Positions 52,882 to 64,000 of a DNA stretch of 64,000 nt are shown here, in pieces. Source of the DNA: Macrostomum lignano (Eukaryota); NCBI GenBank assembly GCA_002269645.1, contig NIVC01000016.1:124001-188000 (forward strand). Reading direction: 5' to 3'. Both the position numbers and the translations under genes were made by a program. Position 1 is the stretch's first letter; each line of letters begins with the position of its first letter. Below the pieces are notes generated by a model. The model made no database searches, had not been told where the DNA came from, and saw only the letters and a list, made by a program, of their open reading frames with translations.

Positions 52882-53839
52882 CTACATCCTTCATCCAATT
52901 CGTCAACAGCCGGTTGTGTGCGCTCAGCCCGTGTACTATCTTCAGTGCCTGCCTGCCAGGCATCACGTTGCCTCGGTGCACCAGCCACAAGTGATTCCAG
53001 CGCCAGTTCACCGGGCCCAACAGTTTGGCACAAGTGTGCAAATTGTGCAGCAGCAGCAACAAAATCATATTCGATGCCAGCAGCAGTTCAAACCAGCCGT
53101 CGCCGCTGTCATTCGAGCACCGTCGACTCCACCGCCTTCATCGTCTTTGTCTTCTTCTTCCTCGTCTCTGTCGTCGTCGTCGTCCTCGTGCTCCTCGGCA
53201 TCATCGGCCGCGCCCAACAAAACTCTTCGCGTGATGCCGAGGATCGCCGCCGACTCGCCGGCCCAGCTTCAGCAGCAGGCCATTGAACACCAGCGGCAGC
53301 AGCAGCAGGCCTGGTCCACCTGCGCGCTGCCCATTTCGGTGGCGAAGCCTTCCTTCATCGGCACCAGGCTGGAGCATCATCAAGGAGCCGGCAGTCTCGA
53401 CAGGCGCCAGCGGCATCGGGAGGAGGCCCCGCTGATGAAGCCGCAGCACCAGCAGCGTCGGGCCTGCGGCTGGGAGGAGGCGACGCGGCTCTTCTACGAA
53501 CGGCTCTGGCAGCGAATGCGGAGCCGCGACTCCTGCGAGGTGCTGGCCAGACGGCATCACAAGCTTGGCGGCGCTGCCGCAGCCGCTGCCGCTGCTGCCG
53601 CTGCCGCTGCTGCCGCCGCCGCCGCCGCCGCTGCCGCCGCACCGACTCCAAGCGATGCTTCAAAAGATGACAACGCCTCGAGCGGCTCCGCGAGCGGCGT
53701 AGGCGGCAGCCACACCTTCGCGATCCCCATCAACGCCAAGCTGTTTGAGAAGGCCTGCACGATTCCTTTGCCACCAAAGGACGCCGTGTACTTGTGGCCG
53801 CTGACAAAATCGGCTACCGCTGTTGAGACGCCAAGATGA
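52508..53839 (+). CDS. Hypothetical low-complexity protein (polyQ, polyS, polyA), 443 aa, single exon
   Basis: 1.3-kb GC-rich ORF starting at ATG, preceded by a CTAAC...AG acceptor-like signal, with mixed CAG/CAA and GCC/GCT codon runs. No recognisable domain. Confidence 0.65.
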
Positions 53840-54502
53840 TGCCACTTGGACAGGTGGGTCGTCAATATTCAAAAGTGCATTGCATCGATAATCTCTTGTG
53901 TATTTAATCTCGATGTGTTTGAGAACTGTGAACTCGTTTCCAACTGTGATTACCCACTGCTCACGCCTATGCACGTATCTCGCATTTTTATTTTATATTG
54001 GGTTCATTAAATTTGTGTTTTGTGGTCAGCTTCAACCGCTATATGAGTATAGAAACTGATGCTATTAAGTCTTAAAACGTTTTAAACAGAAAAATTTCAA
54101 CAATATTCAAATTTAAAATCAAAACGCGCGACAACTTTTTTGAAAGGGAAAATGAAAACCTGACAAAAGTTAAGATCAATAAAAAACCCGCTGACCAAAG
54201 AACCAAATTTATTAGTTTGCAGAATCTGGAGAGCTGGAAGGACAGTTACAGCTTATGCTAATTAATTTTTGCTTACCTGGATTAATCTCAAATACTTTTC
54301 CTGACCTCAGCAATGGCTGTGCGCTAAACTAAACTATAGTACAACTCTGATTGCCGCCATGGACCTAGAAACCCAGTATTTTATAGGGCTAGATAAACTG
54401 TCCCCAAGTCTTACAAACCGAGTTTCTGTGTCGCGTTAATTCATTCCCAGTTGAATATTTGTAAAGGCGAAACGCGTTCGGAGGGAAAAAGTGTTGGCGA
54501 AA

Positions 54503-55181
54503 ATGCCGAGTTCTCCTCCGCGGATTTCCGAACTGATTGATTTATGTAATGCAGCAGGTAATTTCTGTTGTCTCCAGGCTGCAAAGTTGTCATAAAGCAT
54601 ACAAATATTTTCGTTTTTAATAACTATTGGCTTTTGTTGACAAACATGAGCGCTCAATATCGCCCCCGCCCCAGTGTGTAATTCAGTTTTGAGGTCTTTG
54701 TCGCGAGTTCTTCCCTGCCAAAGAGAATTATATGGAATTCGAACTTAATTTTCTTTGCGCTGAAAATGTCTTTCTTAAACTGCCAAGCTGTCCCCAATTC
54801 TGTTTGCTGCCTTCTCCCATTGGGAGCAGAAATATAAAAACCTGCTCCTCTCCTCAGTCTGCGAATCCTAGATCCCAAAATGGGATTGTTTCAGGTTTGA
54901 AACAGAAATTTAACAAATGGAAATGTCAGTAAGTTGATGATCAAGTATCTGCCTTGCGGTCTTCTTAATTCATAACGCTTGAAAAGAAGTCATTGGCCAC
55001 AGCACAGTGTCTCAGTGTCTCAGTGTCCCAGTGTCTCAGTGTCTCAGTGTCTCAGTGTCTCAGTGTCTCAGTGTCTCAGTGTCTCAGTGTCTCAGTGTCT
55101 CAGTGTCTCAGTGTCTCAGTGTCTCAGTGTCTCAGTGTCTCAGTGTCTCAGTGTCTGTTTCTGTGTCTGTGTCTCAGTGTC

Positions 55182-55226
<45 letters not shown>

Positions 55227-55227
55227 G

Positions 55228-55278
<51 letters not shown>

Positions 55279-55307
55279 GTGTCTGTCTGTCTGTCTGTCT
55301 GTCTGTG

Positions 55308-55350
<43 letters not shown>

Positions 55351-55359
55351 GTGTCTGTG

Positions 55360-55431
<72 letters not shown>

Positions 55432-55665
55432 AGCCCAGCAGCAGGCCAGATGGGATACCCCAATGTTTATCTCCACCAGCGGCGGCCGAGATGGCGGCGG
55501 TCCGATAGCGGCGGGGCTCCGCGGCATCTAATAAAAACGCCCGATACCCCAGGCCGCTTCTTCCCGGCCCCCCGCCAGCCCGCTGAGGCATTCCTGTCTG
55601 CCCAGCCGATGGGATCTTCTGCCACTCGGGATGTTTTGAGTGCCAAACCCCATGTAGCTTCATAA
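54503..55665 (+). CDS. Possible small 3-exon ORF (106 aa), unknown product
   Basis: 54503-54557, 54895-54928 and 55434-55665 join in frame (321 nt) with donors GTAATT and GTAAGT and acceptors TTTCAG and CTGTCAG. No homology recognised. Confidence 0.3.
55005..55430. repeat. Compound satellite (CAGTGTCT)n followed by (CTGT)n
   Basis: Visible directly in the sequence. Confidence 0.97.
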
Positions 55666-56169
55666 TTTGTTATCCGCCGTGAATTCGCCCAGAAACTGCT
55701 GCAGTTATTTTTACAGCATTCGACGGTGGAAGGCGCGCAGCAGTGAAACGGCAGTTTATGCATGTATAATTGAAATCTTTGGCAGAGCAAACTGCCAATG
55801 CAGAATTTGGTGAGGGCGGGGGGCACCGTTTAAAAACGAGCGCAGAGAGTTATTTATTTGCACTGGGCATCGTAGCGACACTGTTACAGCAGAACCTGGC
55901 CGCTTTCGCCATCCGGATGCTTTTGCTGCAACTTTGGTTGCTGTGCAAAGAGGCAGGGGGGAGCTGCAGCTGCATCATTTGATACTCGTACAGGAGGGCA
56001 GTTGAATCGCAAAATTTTTGATAAAAATTTTCATATTTAAAAATTTTGATGGCAGAAATATTAAGCAATGAATATATAGGCTTGTCAATTTACACAAAGT
56101 CAGTCCGTGTTCTGTTGGGCTTGGGGTGGCCTCTGACCATCGATCGTTCGCGCAAATGGAGCCACGTCT

Positions 56170-57010
56170 ATTAACTCATCTGGCGCCATGTCTATTAGCC
56201 CATCTGGCGCCATGTCTATTAGCCCATCTGGCGCCATGTCTATTAGCCCATCTGGCGCCATGTCTATTAGCCCATCTGGCGCCATGTCTATTAGCCCATC
56301 TGGCGCCATGTCTATTAGCCCATCTGGCGCCATGTCTATTAGCCCATCTGGCGCCATGTCTATTAGCCCATCTGGCGCCATGTCTATTAGCCCATCTGGC
56401 GCCATGTCTATTAGCCCATCTGGCGCCATGTCTATTAGCCCATCTGGCGCCATGTCTATTAGCCCATCTGGCGCCATGTCTATTAGCCCATCTGGCGCCA
56501 TGTCTATTAGCCCATCTGGCGCCATGTCTATTAACCCATCTGGCGCTATGTCTATTAGCCCATCTGGCGCCATGTCTATTAACCCATCTGGCGCTATGTC
56601 TATTAGCCCATCTGGCGCCATGTCTATTAGCCCATCTGGCGCCATGTCTATTAGCCCATCTGGCGCCATGTCTAACCTATCTGGCGCCATGCCTATTGGC
56701 TTATCTGGCGCCATGTCTATTGGCTTTTCTGACGCCATGTCTAATAAACTGGCGCCATGTCTATTAGCCCATCTGGCGCCATGTCTATTAGCCTATCTGG
56801 CGCCATGTCTAACCCATCTGGCGCCATGCCTATTGGCTTATCTGGCGCCATGTCTATTGGCTTTTCTGACGCCATGTCTAATAAACTGGCGCCATGTCTA
56901 TTAGCCCATCTGGCGCCATGTCTATTAGTCCATCTGGCGCCATGTCTATTAACTCATCTGACGCCATGTCTAATAACTTATCTGGCGCCATGTATAATAA
57001 ACCATCTTAC
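56170..57010. repeat. 24-bp minisatellite (~33 copies) downstream of the peptidase stop codon
   Basis: TGGCGCCATGTCTATTAGCCCATC; homogeneous on the left and degenerating to the right. Confidence 0.97.
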
Positions 57011-57095
57011 GCCATTTCTATTATCCCATCTGGCGCTATATCTTTATCAACCTGGCACCAACCGCAATCAATCAAAGCCAATTCGAATCCATCGT

Positions 57096-60000
57096 TCAGT
57101 CAGCAAAACTGTCAGACATAATTTTAGTCACCGAAGCCAGACTCAGGATACTGGTCTCAACCAGCTTCATCAACTGTCGCCTCCTGTCCGCTTCCTCGGC
57201 ACTGTTTGATGGGAAGCTGGCGGCGAAGAGGTTGGCGAAGGCCGGCTCGTCCGCCAGCAGGTTGGCAATGGACTGGCTCGGGTACACCGACCTGTACACG
57301 AAGGCCTGCTGCACCTCCATCAGCTTGTCGTTGGCCATCCTCAGCCGCAGGAGGGCTCGAGCCGGATCCTCCTGCACCGGGCCGCCGTCCAGCCACAGCC
57401 GCCGCAGCGGCTCGAGCGTCTCAGATTCGAAACGGCGCAGCGCCCGTCTGGCGCGACGCATCTGGCGTCGAAACTCGGCCTCCATGGTCGCCCAGCCAGC
57501 CGGTTGGTCCTGGGTTCGAGTCCACAGCGACACCCTGGCTTGGCCAACCAGCCTGCCCATGGCGTACTCGATCTCCTGGGAGAACTCGGTGAGATTCCCG
57601 GCAGCACGGCGGAATCCAGCAGGGTGTACACAATGCCCAGGTAGTTCTGCACTGTGGCCAGGTGCGCCCTGCCTCCGGGGTCGATCATCCGGTAGAGCCT
57701 GGCGGTGTCGTACCGGCTGTGGTAGAGGTCGTACACAACCATGCGAGTCTCGTTGGGCCGGATGTAGGACAGGTCCACGATGGGGACGCCCAGCGTGCGC
57801 CAGAACACGTAGTAGTCGGAGTAGGCGTCTGGCGTCTTGTAGAAGTGGTAGCGACTGTCGCCGTTGGGGTCCGGGTTGGGCACCTGTTGCAGGAGAGGGA
57901 GCGAAGAGGGAGCGAAGAGGGTCAGAGGAGGCTGGATCGGGCGTCAGAGATACCAGTATGGAGTGTCAGGAGGGCTGGATCGGGTGTCAGAGATGCTAAT
58001 ATGGAGTGTCAGGAGAGGCTGGATCGGGTGTCAGAGATACTAATATGGAGTGTCAGGAGAGGCTGGATCGGGTGTCAGAGATGCTAATATGGAGTGTCAG
58101 GAGAGGCTGGAACGGGTGTCAGAGATGCTAATATGGAGTGTCAGGAGAGGCTGGAACGGGTGTCAGAGATGCTAATATGGAGTGTCAGGAGAGGCTGGAT
58201 CGGGTGTCAGAGATACTAATATGGAGTGTCAGGAGAGGCTGGAACGGGTGTCAGAGATGCCAGTATGGAGTGTCAGGAGAGGCTGGAACGGGTGTCAGAG
58301 ATGCCAGTATGGAGTGTCAGGAGAGGCTGGAACGGGTGTCAGAGATGCTAATATGGAGTGTCAGGAGAGGCTGGAACGGGTGTCAGAGATGCTAATATGG
58401 AGTGTCAGGAGAGGCTGGAACGGGTGTCAGAGATGCCAGTATGGAGTGTCAGGAGAGGCTGGAACGGGTGTCAGAGATGCAGTATGGAGTGTCAGGAGAG
58501 GCTGGAACGGGTGTCAGAGATGCTAATATGGAGTGTCAGGAGAGGCTGGACGGGTGTCAGAGATGCTAATATGGAGTGTCAGGAGAGGCTGGAACGGGTG
58601 TCAGAGATGCCAGTATGGAGTGTCAGGAGAGGCTGGAACGGGTGTCAGAGATGCTAATATGGAGTGTCAGGAGGGGCTGGATCGGGCGTCAGAGATACCA
58701 GTATGGAGTGTCAGGAGGGGCTGGATCGGGCGTCAGAGATCCCAGTTAGCCAACCTCGTCGATGAGCTTGTCCAAGAAGCCTCGCCACCGTCGGAACGCG
58801 TGCACCATGACCTTCCAGTTGCCCATGATGTCAGTGTCCGTGTTGACGTACGCCACCAGCCGCCTGTCAGCCCGGCGCAGCTCCTCGTCCAGCCACTCAG
58901 CGCTGCCGATGAGGTTCCACTCCTCGGCGTCCCAGCTGCAGGCCAGCAGGGTCCGTCTGGGCCGCCAGCCGGTCCGCTGCAGCTCCGCCAGGGCGCGGGT
59001 GATCACCAGCAGGGAGCTGACGCCGCTGTGCGGGTCCAGCGCCCCGGAATGCCAGGCGTCTCGGTGGCCGCCGAGCAGCACGACCCTGTCCGGCTCCACC
59101 GCGCCCTTCACCTCCGTGCAGATGTCCCGGATGGGCAGCAGGCCGCGGCGCATCGGCCAGCGGATGCGGAGCCGTCGCAGTTGCCTCGGCGAGCCGGCGG
59201 CCGACGACTTGGCGAAGTCGCGCAGCTGACGGGCGTCGGCCGCCGAAATCGGGATGGCCGGCTGGCTGGGCGGCGGTGGATCGAATTTGCTGCGGACTGC
59301 GAAGGCCTGCAGGTTTGGCAGTTGAAAATCATAGGACTTGGGATTTGGGATTCCCGATTTCTCGATTCGATCGTGTGGAATTCGGGATTTAGGATTTAGG
59401 ATTTGGGATTCGGGATTTGGGATTGAGGATTTCGGATTCGGTATTGGGAATTTGAGAATCGGGACTTGAAATTTGAGATTCGGGATTTGGGATTCGGGAT
59501 TCGACTTAGAGATTGAAAATTCGGGATTTGGGATTTGGGATTTGGGATTCGGGATTTGGGATTCGGGATTTGGAATTCGGGATTTAGGATCGGGATCTAG
59601 GATTAGGTACTGGGGATTTGAGAATCGGGACTTGAAATTTGAGATTTAAGATTTGAGATTTGGGATTCGGGATTCGGGATTTGAGATTCGGGATTCGACT
59701 TAGTGATTGAGAATTCGTGATTTGGGATTTGGGATTCGGGATTTGAGATTTGAGATTCGGGATTTAGGATTCGGTATTGGGGATTTGAGAATCGGGACTT
59801 GAAATTTGAGATTTGGGACTTGAAATTTGAGATTTGGGATTTGGGATTCGGGATTCGACTTAGAGATTGAGAATTCGGATTCGGGATTCGGGATTTGGGA
59901 TTCGGGATTTGGGATTCGGGATTTGGGATTCGGGATTTGGGATTCGGGATTTGGATTCGGGATTTGGGATTCGGGATTTGGGATTCGGGATTTGGGATTG

Positions 60001-62174
60001 GATTGGGATTCGGGATTTGGGATTCGGGATTTGGGATTCGGGATTTGGGATTCGGGATTTGGGATTCGGGATTTGGGATTCGGGATTTGGGATTCGGGAT
60101 TTGGGATTCGGGATTTGGGATTCGGGATTTGGGATTCGGGATTTGGGATTCGGGATTTGGATTCGGGATTTGGGATTCGGGATTTGGGATTCGGGATTTG
60201 GGATTCGGGATTTGGGATTCGGGATTTGGGATTCGGGATTTGGGATTCGGGATTTGGGATTCGGGATTTGGGATTCGGGATTTGGGATTCGGGATTTGGG
60301 ATTCGGGATTTGGGATTCGGGATTTCGGATTCGGGATTTCTGATTTTGGATTTGGAATTCGGGATTCAGAATTCAAGATTTATAATTGGGATCGATGATT
60401 CAGAAGTTCTGACATGCAGAGCAGCACGGCCAACCTTTGACGGATACATGGGAGTAGTCGGATCGCCCTTGATGGCCGTGGCCAAGGTAGACTTCATCCA
60501 GATCAGGGTGTCGGGCACCCTGGGCCGTCCGGGTAGATGGCCACGCCCGGCCGCGGCTCTGGAGCCAACTTCTTCAGCAGGCCGGCCGTCATGCCGAGCA
60601 CGCTTGAGTTGACAGCTGCCGAGCTCGGTGAGCTGGCGCCAGCCTTGAGGTTGGCAAGCGGTGGGATTATTGGGATTAAAGTGGGATTCTTGGGATTACA
60701 GTGGGATTATTGGGATTACAGTGCGATTATTAGGATATAGTGGGATTATTGGGATTAAAGTGGGATTATTGGGATTACAGTGGGGTTATTGGGGATTAAA
60801 GTGGGATTATTGGGGATTACAGTGGGGTTATTGGGGATTAAAGTGGGATTATTGGGGATTACAGTGGGGTTATTGGGGATTAAAGTGGGATTATTGGGGA
60901 TTACAGTGGGATTATTGGGGATAACAGTGGGGTTATTGGGATTAAGTGGGATTATTGGGGATTACAGTGGGGTTATTGGGGATTAAAGTGGGATTATTGG
61001 GGATTACAGTGGGATTATTGGGGATTGCCGTAGGATCGTTGCGGATTGCAGTGGGATTATTGGGATTACAGTGAGATATATTGGGATTACAGTGGGATTA
61101 TTGGATTACAGTGGGATTATTAGGATTACAGTAGGATCATTGCGGATTGCAGTGGGGATTATCGGGATTACAGTGGGGATTATCGGGGATTACAGTGGAT
61201 TATTGGGGGATTGCAGTGGGATTATTGGGGATATACAATGGGATTGTTGGGATTGCAGTGGGATCATTGGGGATTATAGTGGGATTATTGGGGATTACCG
61301 TTGAGTAAATAATACGAAAAGTGATTAAGGATTGAAACGGCCTAACCTCCAGCCCGACGTCCACCAGCACCACAATGTCCGCCAGCTGCTGGCGCAGGTT
61401 GTCGTCGGAAGTCCACGCCACCAGCTGGGCGAGCTGGTCCTCGGTAGCCAACCTGTAGCTGCCGTTCAGAGCCTCCGTGTACGGCACTATGGAGGGCAGG
61501 GCGCCGACCACCCCGTCCTCGGGCGTCAGCGGCGGGTCCAGCCGGAGCTTCTCGTCGCACAGCTCGGCCGAAGACGAGTTCTGCGCCGCCTGGCGGCAGA
61601 GGAAAACGCCGACCTGATTCTGCGGCACCTCGCCGGTGCTCAGGAAGCTCAGCGCCACTGAGTAGGTCCGGTTCAGCACCGGCAGGCCCTGGCCGCGCCA
61701 CTGGCCCGCTACATAGTCCGCGTGGAACCCGGCGTCGGGACTGCCTGCTCGCGACTGCCGGCTGGCCAAGATGGTCACGTGACCCTCCAGCTCCTTCGGC
61801 GAGTTGGCCAGCCGCCGCAGCCGAGCCCGGTTGGCCGCCAGCTGTCCGCCGTCCGGCCAGAAGCTTCGGCCGGCATCGCTGGCTGGCGAGCCGGGGTGGA
61901 CGCGGGTGGCGAGCAGGGTGACGGCAAAGCTGATGAGGCAGCCCAGCACGAAGGCGCACAGGGCCACCCCGGCGACACTGTAGACACCTCCGCTGACCCC
62001 GCCGCTGCTGCCGCCGCCGCCGCCGCCGACGGAGCCGCCGTTTCTGTGTCGTCCCGGCCGCGACACCAGCGTGGCGTCGTCTTCGACCATCTCGGCGGCC
62101 TCATAGGACGCCTGGCGGTGCGCAGGCGGCTGCCGCTGCAGCTGGGTTGGAAAACTGTCAGCTGATGTTGACAT
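57096..62174 (-). CDS. M28B metallopeptidase (glutamate carboxypeptidase II / NAALADase-like), type II membrane protein, 4 exons, ~792 aa if two 1-nt frameshifts are corrected
   Basis: Exons 62174-61347 (TM helix VAGVALCAFVLGCLISFAVTLLA), ~60643-60435 (YPDGP...GDPTTPMYPS), 59306-58755 (GGHRDAW, GALDPHSG, SWDAEEW, YVNTD) and 57883-57096 (SDY, YHSRYDT, RMANDKLMEVQQAF). All Zn ligands and the catalytic Glu are present. Confidence 0.9.
57920..58740. repeat. 44-bp minisatellite filling peptidase intron 3
   Basis: ATGGAGTGTCAGGAGAGGCTGGAACGGGTGTCAGAGATGCTAAT, about 18 copies. Confidence 0.97.
59335..60370. repeat. 7/14-bp (GGGATTC-GGGATTT)n satellite filling peptidase intron 2
   Basis: Visible directly in the sequence. 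Confidence 0.97.
60660..61300. repeat. ~10/20-bp GGGATTA-core satellite filling peptidase intron 1
   Basis: GTGGGATTATTGGGATTACA variants. Confidence 0.95.
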
Positions 62175-62850
62175 CGCGTGAGCCCCAGAGCTCGGATTCC
62201 AAGGCAGGAAGGAGGGCTGCAGAGCTCCGGCGTGCTTTAACTCTCGGCACGCAGGCCCGTCTGCAGATCCGCCGCATCCTCGAATTCCGTGCTGATTGGC
62301 CGATGCCTCGCGCACCTGTCATTTCCGTCGGCTGCTTTCGTGAAAAAGAGGGGAAATTAACCCGCTCGAGCTCGGCCCGCCAGCGGCAAGGAAACTGTCT
62401 GGGGAATTTCTGGGCAGCTTTATCCAACTTTATCAGGCGATAGAAAGGTTTGGACATGAAAAATAGACAGGACAGAAAGCGTGCCAGAGGATCTAATAAA
62501 GAAGAGAGAGGGGGCAGGCAGATATGGCAGAGAGGACGCGTGAGGAGCAGAAGAAGGCAGGGAGAATCGCGAGCAGAAGATAAAAAAGGCGATGGGTACT
62601 TCGACATCCACGTGAGGGAAATTGCACTGCGGGGAAACGAGTTCCCACCGACAGACAGTAGCGAACAGGATGAGGCTGCCCTGCTGCTTGCACTCGCAGA
62701 ACTGCAAAGTTGTTTCGCTTTGGCCCAATTTTGCTGACAGAAAACTCGCTACTTCTGGCCATTCGGGCTCAGCTTTGCCGCCGCGGGTCGGCCGCAGACC
62801 GGCTGCCTCGGCTGCGTGTTCCAGGGATGAGGCTCACTGTGAGACCTGTG

Positions 62851-62851
62851 G

Positions 62852-62918
<67 letters not shown>

Positions 62919-62919
62919 C

Positions 62920-62951
<32 letters not shown>

Positions 62952-62952
62952 C

Positions 62953-62985
<33 letters not shown>

Positions 62986-63004
62986 TAGACAGACAGACAG
63001 ACAC

Positions 63005-63083
<79 letters not shown>

Positions 63084-63084
63084 C

Positions 63085-63147
<63 letters not shown>

Positions 63148-63172
63148 CACAGACAGACAGACAGACAGACAC

Positions 63173-63211
<39 letters not shown>

Positions 63212-63410
63212 GGCAGGCAGACAGGCAGACACTGGGACACCAAGACACTGGGACACCAAGACACTGGGACACCAAGACACTGGGACACCAAGACACTGGG
63301 ACACCAAGACACTGGGACACCAAGACACTGGGACACCAAGACACTGGGACACCAAGACACTGGGACACCAAGACACTGGGACACCAAGACACTGGGACAT
63401 CCAGACACTA
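62851..63410. repeat. Compound satellite (ACAG)n followed by 16-bp (GACACTGGGACACCAA)n
   Basis: Visible directly in the sequence; reverse-complement relative of 55005-55430. Confidence 0.97.
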
Positions 63411-64000
63411 AGCCAGTCACAAGTTCTAAGTTGCACTGCACGATATGAACCTGCACTGTTCACTGATAATCCCCAACAGTGACTTGGTGACTAAAAATTC
63501 AAAATCCTCAATTCCAAAAATCGCAAAACCTTCTAGCTGTGGTCGAACTGATTTCCCCTCTCGAATAGACCTGTCTTTTGTCGCAAGTCCTTCAGTTAAG
63601 CTTCCAGCTGTTGCCAGCCAACCGAAGCACCGAGGAAGCACAGAGGTACAACCGTGACATTTCTGAACAGGGTAAGGATGCAATTTCTGCATGATTTTTT
63701 CACCGGAGATGCGACAAGCATACAGTGCACTTTCTGAACAAAAATCATACCGCATAAGTTCTATATAAGCGCACTCTACCGTGTATTGCACACTGGAACA
63801 GCTTAGAAGCAATAGAAATTTCTGATATCTTAATGCCTGCGCTGGGTAGTTGACGGCAATGGGGGCCCAACTTTTCGCATTTGCGATTGCTGAAGTAGAA
63901 GTGAATTTTTCTTCCAGGCGGTACAGAAAAAACCTTAATTAGAAACTAGGGCGGGTCTGGCCAGTCACATTTGGACTGCCGATGACAACTAGGGACCGTA

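Noticed and set aside
56100-57209. ORFs (MAPDGLID)n, (LLAHLAPC)n and (MSISPSGA)n
   Set aside because: A stop-free 24-bp repeat is open in several frames on both strands; no coding evidence.
59603-60612. ORFs (IPNPESQIPNPKSR)n and (GFGIWDSGFGIRDL)n
   Set aside because: Products of the intronic 7/14-bp satellite.
63426-63812. 128-aa minus-strand ORF that could splice (63451>62845) to a short terminal exon
   Set aside because: No recognisable motif, AT-richer than the real exons here, and any upstream part lies at or beyond the window edge; insufficient support.

Overview
Animal (metazoan) genomic DNA with spliceosomal GT-AG introns, GC-rich exons and very high simple-repeat and transposon content. 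It is possibly a lophotrochozoan such as a free-living flatworm; that is an inference from style only. Host genes reconstructed by hand, with splice phases checked: the 3' end of a fibrillar collagen (COLFI domain), tRNA-Glu(CTC), an intronless SSUH2, an 8-exon ammonium transporter, GOLGA7/ERF4, a 5-exon argininosuccinate synthase, an A20/AN1 zinc-finger protein (ZFAND5/6), an orphan polyQ/polyS/polyA ORF, and a 4-exon M28B (GCPII/NAALADase-like) peptidase with two apparent 1-nt frameshifts. Most large introns contain their own minisatellite. The 28.9-51.4 kb interval is a transposon cluster with three parts. (1) A 7.2-kb hAT element with perfect TIRs and an 8-bp TSD, inserted into a Tc1-like MITE. 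Its decayed gene appears to fuse a signal peptide and a bacterial-type lamin-tail-like domain to a hAT transposase, which is the most unusual item in the window. (2) A mariner nested in a hAT MITE. (3) A 10.5-kb array of four non-autonomous Helitron-like units: three head-to-tail and one near-identical inverted copy. No prokaryotic features or CRISPR arrays were found. All protein family calls come from motif recognition, not database searches.
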